Shown piece after piece: positions 62,271 to 64,000 of a stretch of DNA of 64,000 nucleotides (positions are counted from its first letter, which is position 1; each line of letters opens with the position of its first letter). The stretch is from Squalus acanthias (lineage: Eukaryota). The stretch is from positions 58,220,001 through 58,284,000 of the forward strand of contig CM059438.1 in NCBI GenBank assembly GCA_030390025.1, read 5' to 3'. Made by a program: the position numbers and the translations under genes. The notes under the pieces are model-generated. The model ran no database searches, had not been told where the DNA came from, and saw nothing but the letters and a program-made list of their open reading frames with translations.

Positions 62271-62542
62271 TCTGCCACCAGGCCCCTCACCGGCAGACAT
62301 TCCTCTCAGGGGAGGAGGGAAACTTTAGGCCCAAATGTCTCCTAAATTCTCACAGTCTCTTACTAGATCAGAAACAGGTCTCTAAAACCAAGTCGAGGAA
62401 GGTTTAGTCACTGCAACATTTCAAAACAAAATATAAAACAAGGCCACAGGATAAGCTGGAGAGAATCATCAATTCGAGGTCAAACAACAATATAATACAA
62501 GAGACAATGCTGTTGGGGGAAAGGAAGGTTGAGTGTAGACAA

Positions 62543-64000
62543 TCTCTGGGGAATGGAGCTGGTTACAGACAGACTGGAATGGAGCTGCGTACAGACAGAC
62601 TCTGTGAATGGAGCTGGGTACAGACAGACTGGAGAATGGAGCTGGGTAAGACAGACACTGGGAATGGAGCTGGGGAATGGAGCTGGGTACAGACAGACTC
62701 TGGGAATGGAACTGGGTACAGACAGACTCTGGGGAATGGAGCTGGGTACAGACAGACTCTGGGAATGGAGCTGGGTACAGACAGACTCGGGAATGGAGCT
62801 GGGTACAGACAGACTGGGGAATGGAGCTGGGTACAGACAGACTCTGGGGAATGGAGCTGTGTACAGACAGACTCTGGGAATGGAGCTGGGTTCAGACAGA
62901 CTCCGGGAAAAGAGCTGGGTACAAACAGACACTGGGGAATGGAGTTGGGTACAGACTCAGTCTGGGATTGGAGTTGGGTACAGACAAACTCTGAGGAATG
63001 GAGCTGTGTACAGACAGACTCTGGGGAATGGAGTTGGGTACAGACTGAGTCTGGGATTGGAGCTGGGTACAGACAGACTGGGGAATGGAGCTGGGTACAG
63101 CCAGACTCTGGGAATGGAGCTGGGTACAGACAGACTGGGGAATGAAGCTGGGTACAGACAGAGACTGGGGAATGGAGCTGGGTAGGACAGCCTCTGGGAA
63201 AGGAGCTGGGTACAGACAGACTCTGGGGAATGGAGCTGGTTATGGACAGACTGGAGAATTGAGATGGGTACAGACAGACTCTGGGAATGGAGCTGGGTAC
63301 ATACAGACTCTGGGAATGGACCTGGGTACAGACAGACTGGGGAATGGATCTGGGCACAGACAGACTCTGGGAATGGAGCTGGGTACAGACAGACTGGAGA
63401 ATGGAGCTTGGTACAGACAGACTCAGGCGAATGGATCTGGGACAGACAGACATTGGGAAATGGATCTGGGTGCAGACAGACTATGGGAATGGAGCTCGGT
63501 AGAGGAGGACTCTGGGGAATCGAGCTGGGTACAGATAGACTTTGAGGAATGGAGCTTGGTACAGACAGACTGTGGAATGGAGCTGGGTACAGACGGGCTC
63601 TGGGAATGGAGCTGGGTTCATACAGACTCTGGGGATTGGAGCTGAGTACAGACAGACTCTGGGAATGAAGCTGGGCACAGACAGACTCTGGGAATGGAGG
63701 TGGGTGCAGGTAGACTTTGGGGAATTGAGATTGGTACAGACAGACTGGGGCATGGAGCTGGGTACAGGCTGACACAGAGAATGGAGCCGAGTACAGACAA
63801 ATTCTGGGGATATGGAGTTGGTACAGACAGACTGGGGAATGGAGTAGGGTACAGAGAGTGTCTGGGGAATGGAGTTGGGTACAGACAGACTCTAGGGAAT
63901 GGAGCTGGGTACAGACAGACTCTGGGGAATGGAGCTGGGTACAGACAGACTCTTGGGAATGGAGCTCGCTACAGGCAGACTCTGGGGAAAGGAGCTGGAA
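62543..64000. repeat. 28-30-bp minisatellite (CTCTGGGGAATGGAGCTGGGTACAGACAGA)n
   Basis: Directly visible; continues past the window end. Confidence 0.95.

Noticed and set aside
59492..62345. Long Pro-rich and Gly-rich ORFs up to 937 aa
   Set aside because: They run through the N gap and low-complexity repeat, open in all six frames.
39563..64000. CRISPR-like reading of the periodic ~30-bp repeats
   Set aside because: Head-to-tail units with no unique spacers, no cas genes, and a vertebrate intron context.

Overview
Vertebrate genomic DNA, most likely from a shark or other cartilaginous fish (SacSINE1/Deu-type SINE, CR1, L2, RTE, Penelope and Harbinger content). The minus strand carries 11 consecutive, in-frame, GT-AG coding exons (39521 down to 3489; 1540 nt) of an NMDA receptor GluN1/GRIN1-type gene, equivalent to about residues 265-778 of human GluN1-1a. 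The glycine-site and pore residues are intact, but the protein differs at many positions I recall as shared by teleosts and tetrapods, so it may be a second GRIN1 paralog. The introns are filled with nested transposons: Harbinger elements and MITEs, a young CR1 with an intact ORF2, an RTE fragment, L2, SINEs and Penelope-derived ends with minimal hammerhead-ribozyme motifs. There are five large tandem arrays, the largest a ~20-kb 33-bp satellite holding three tandemly duplicated copies of one truncated CR1 insertion. A 500-N gap lies at 59694-60193. The 5' and 3' exons of the gene were not found in the window.
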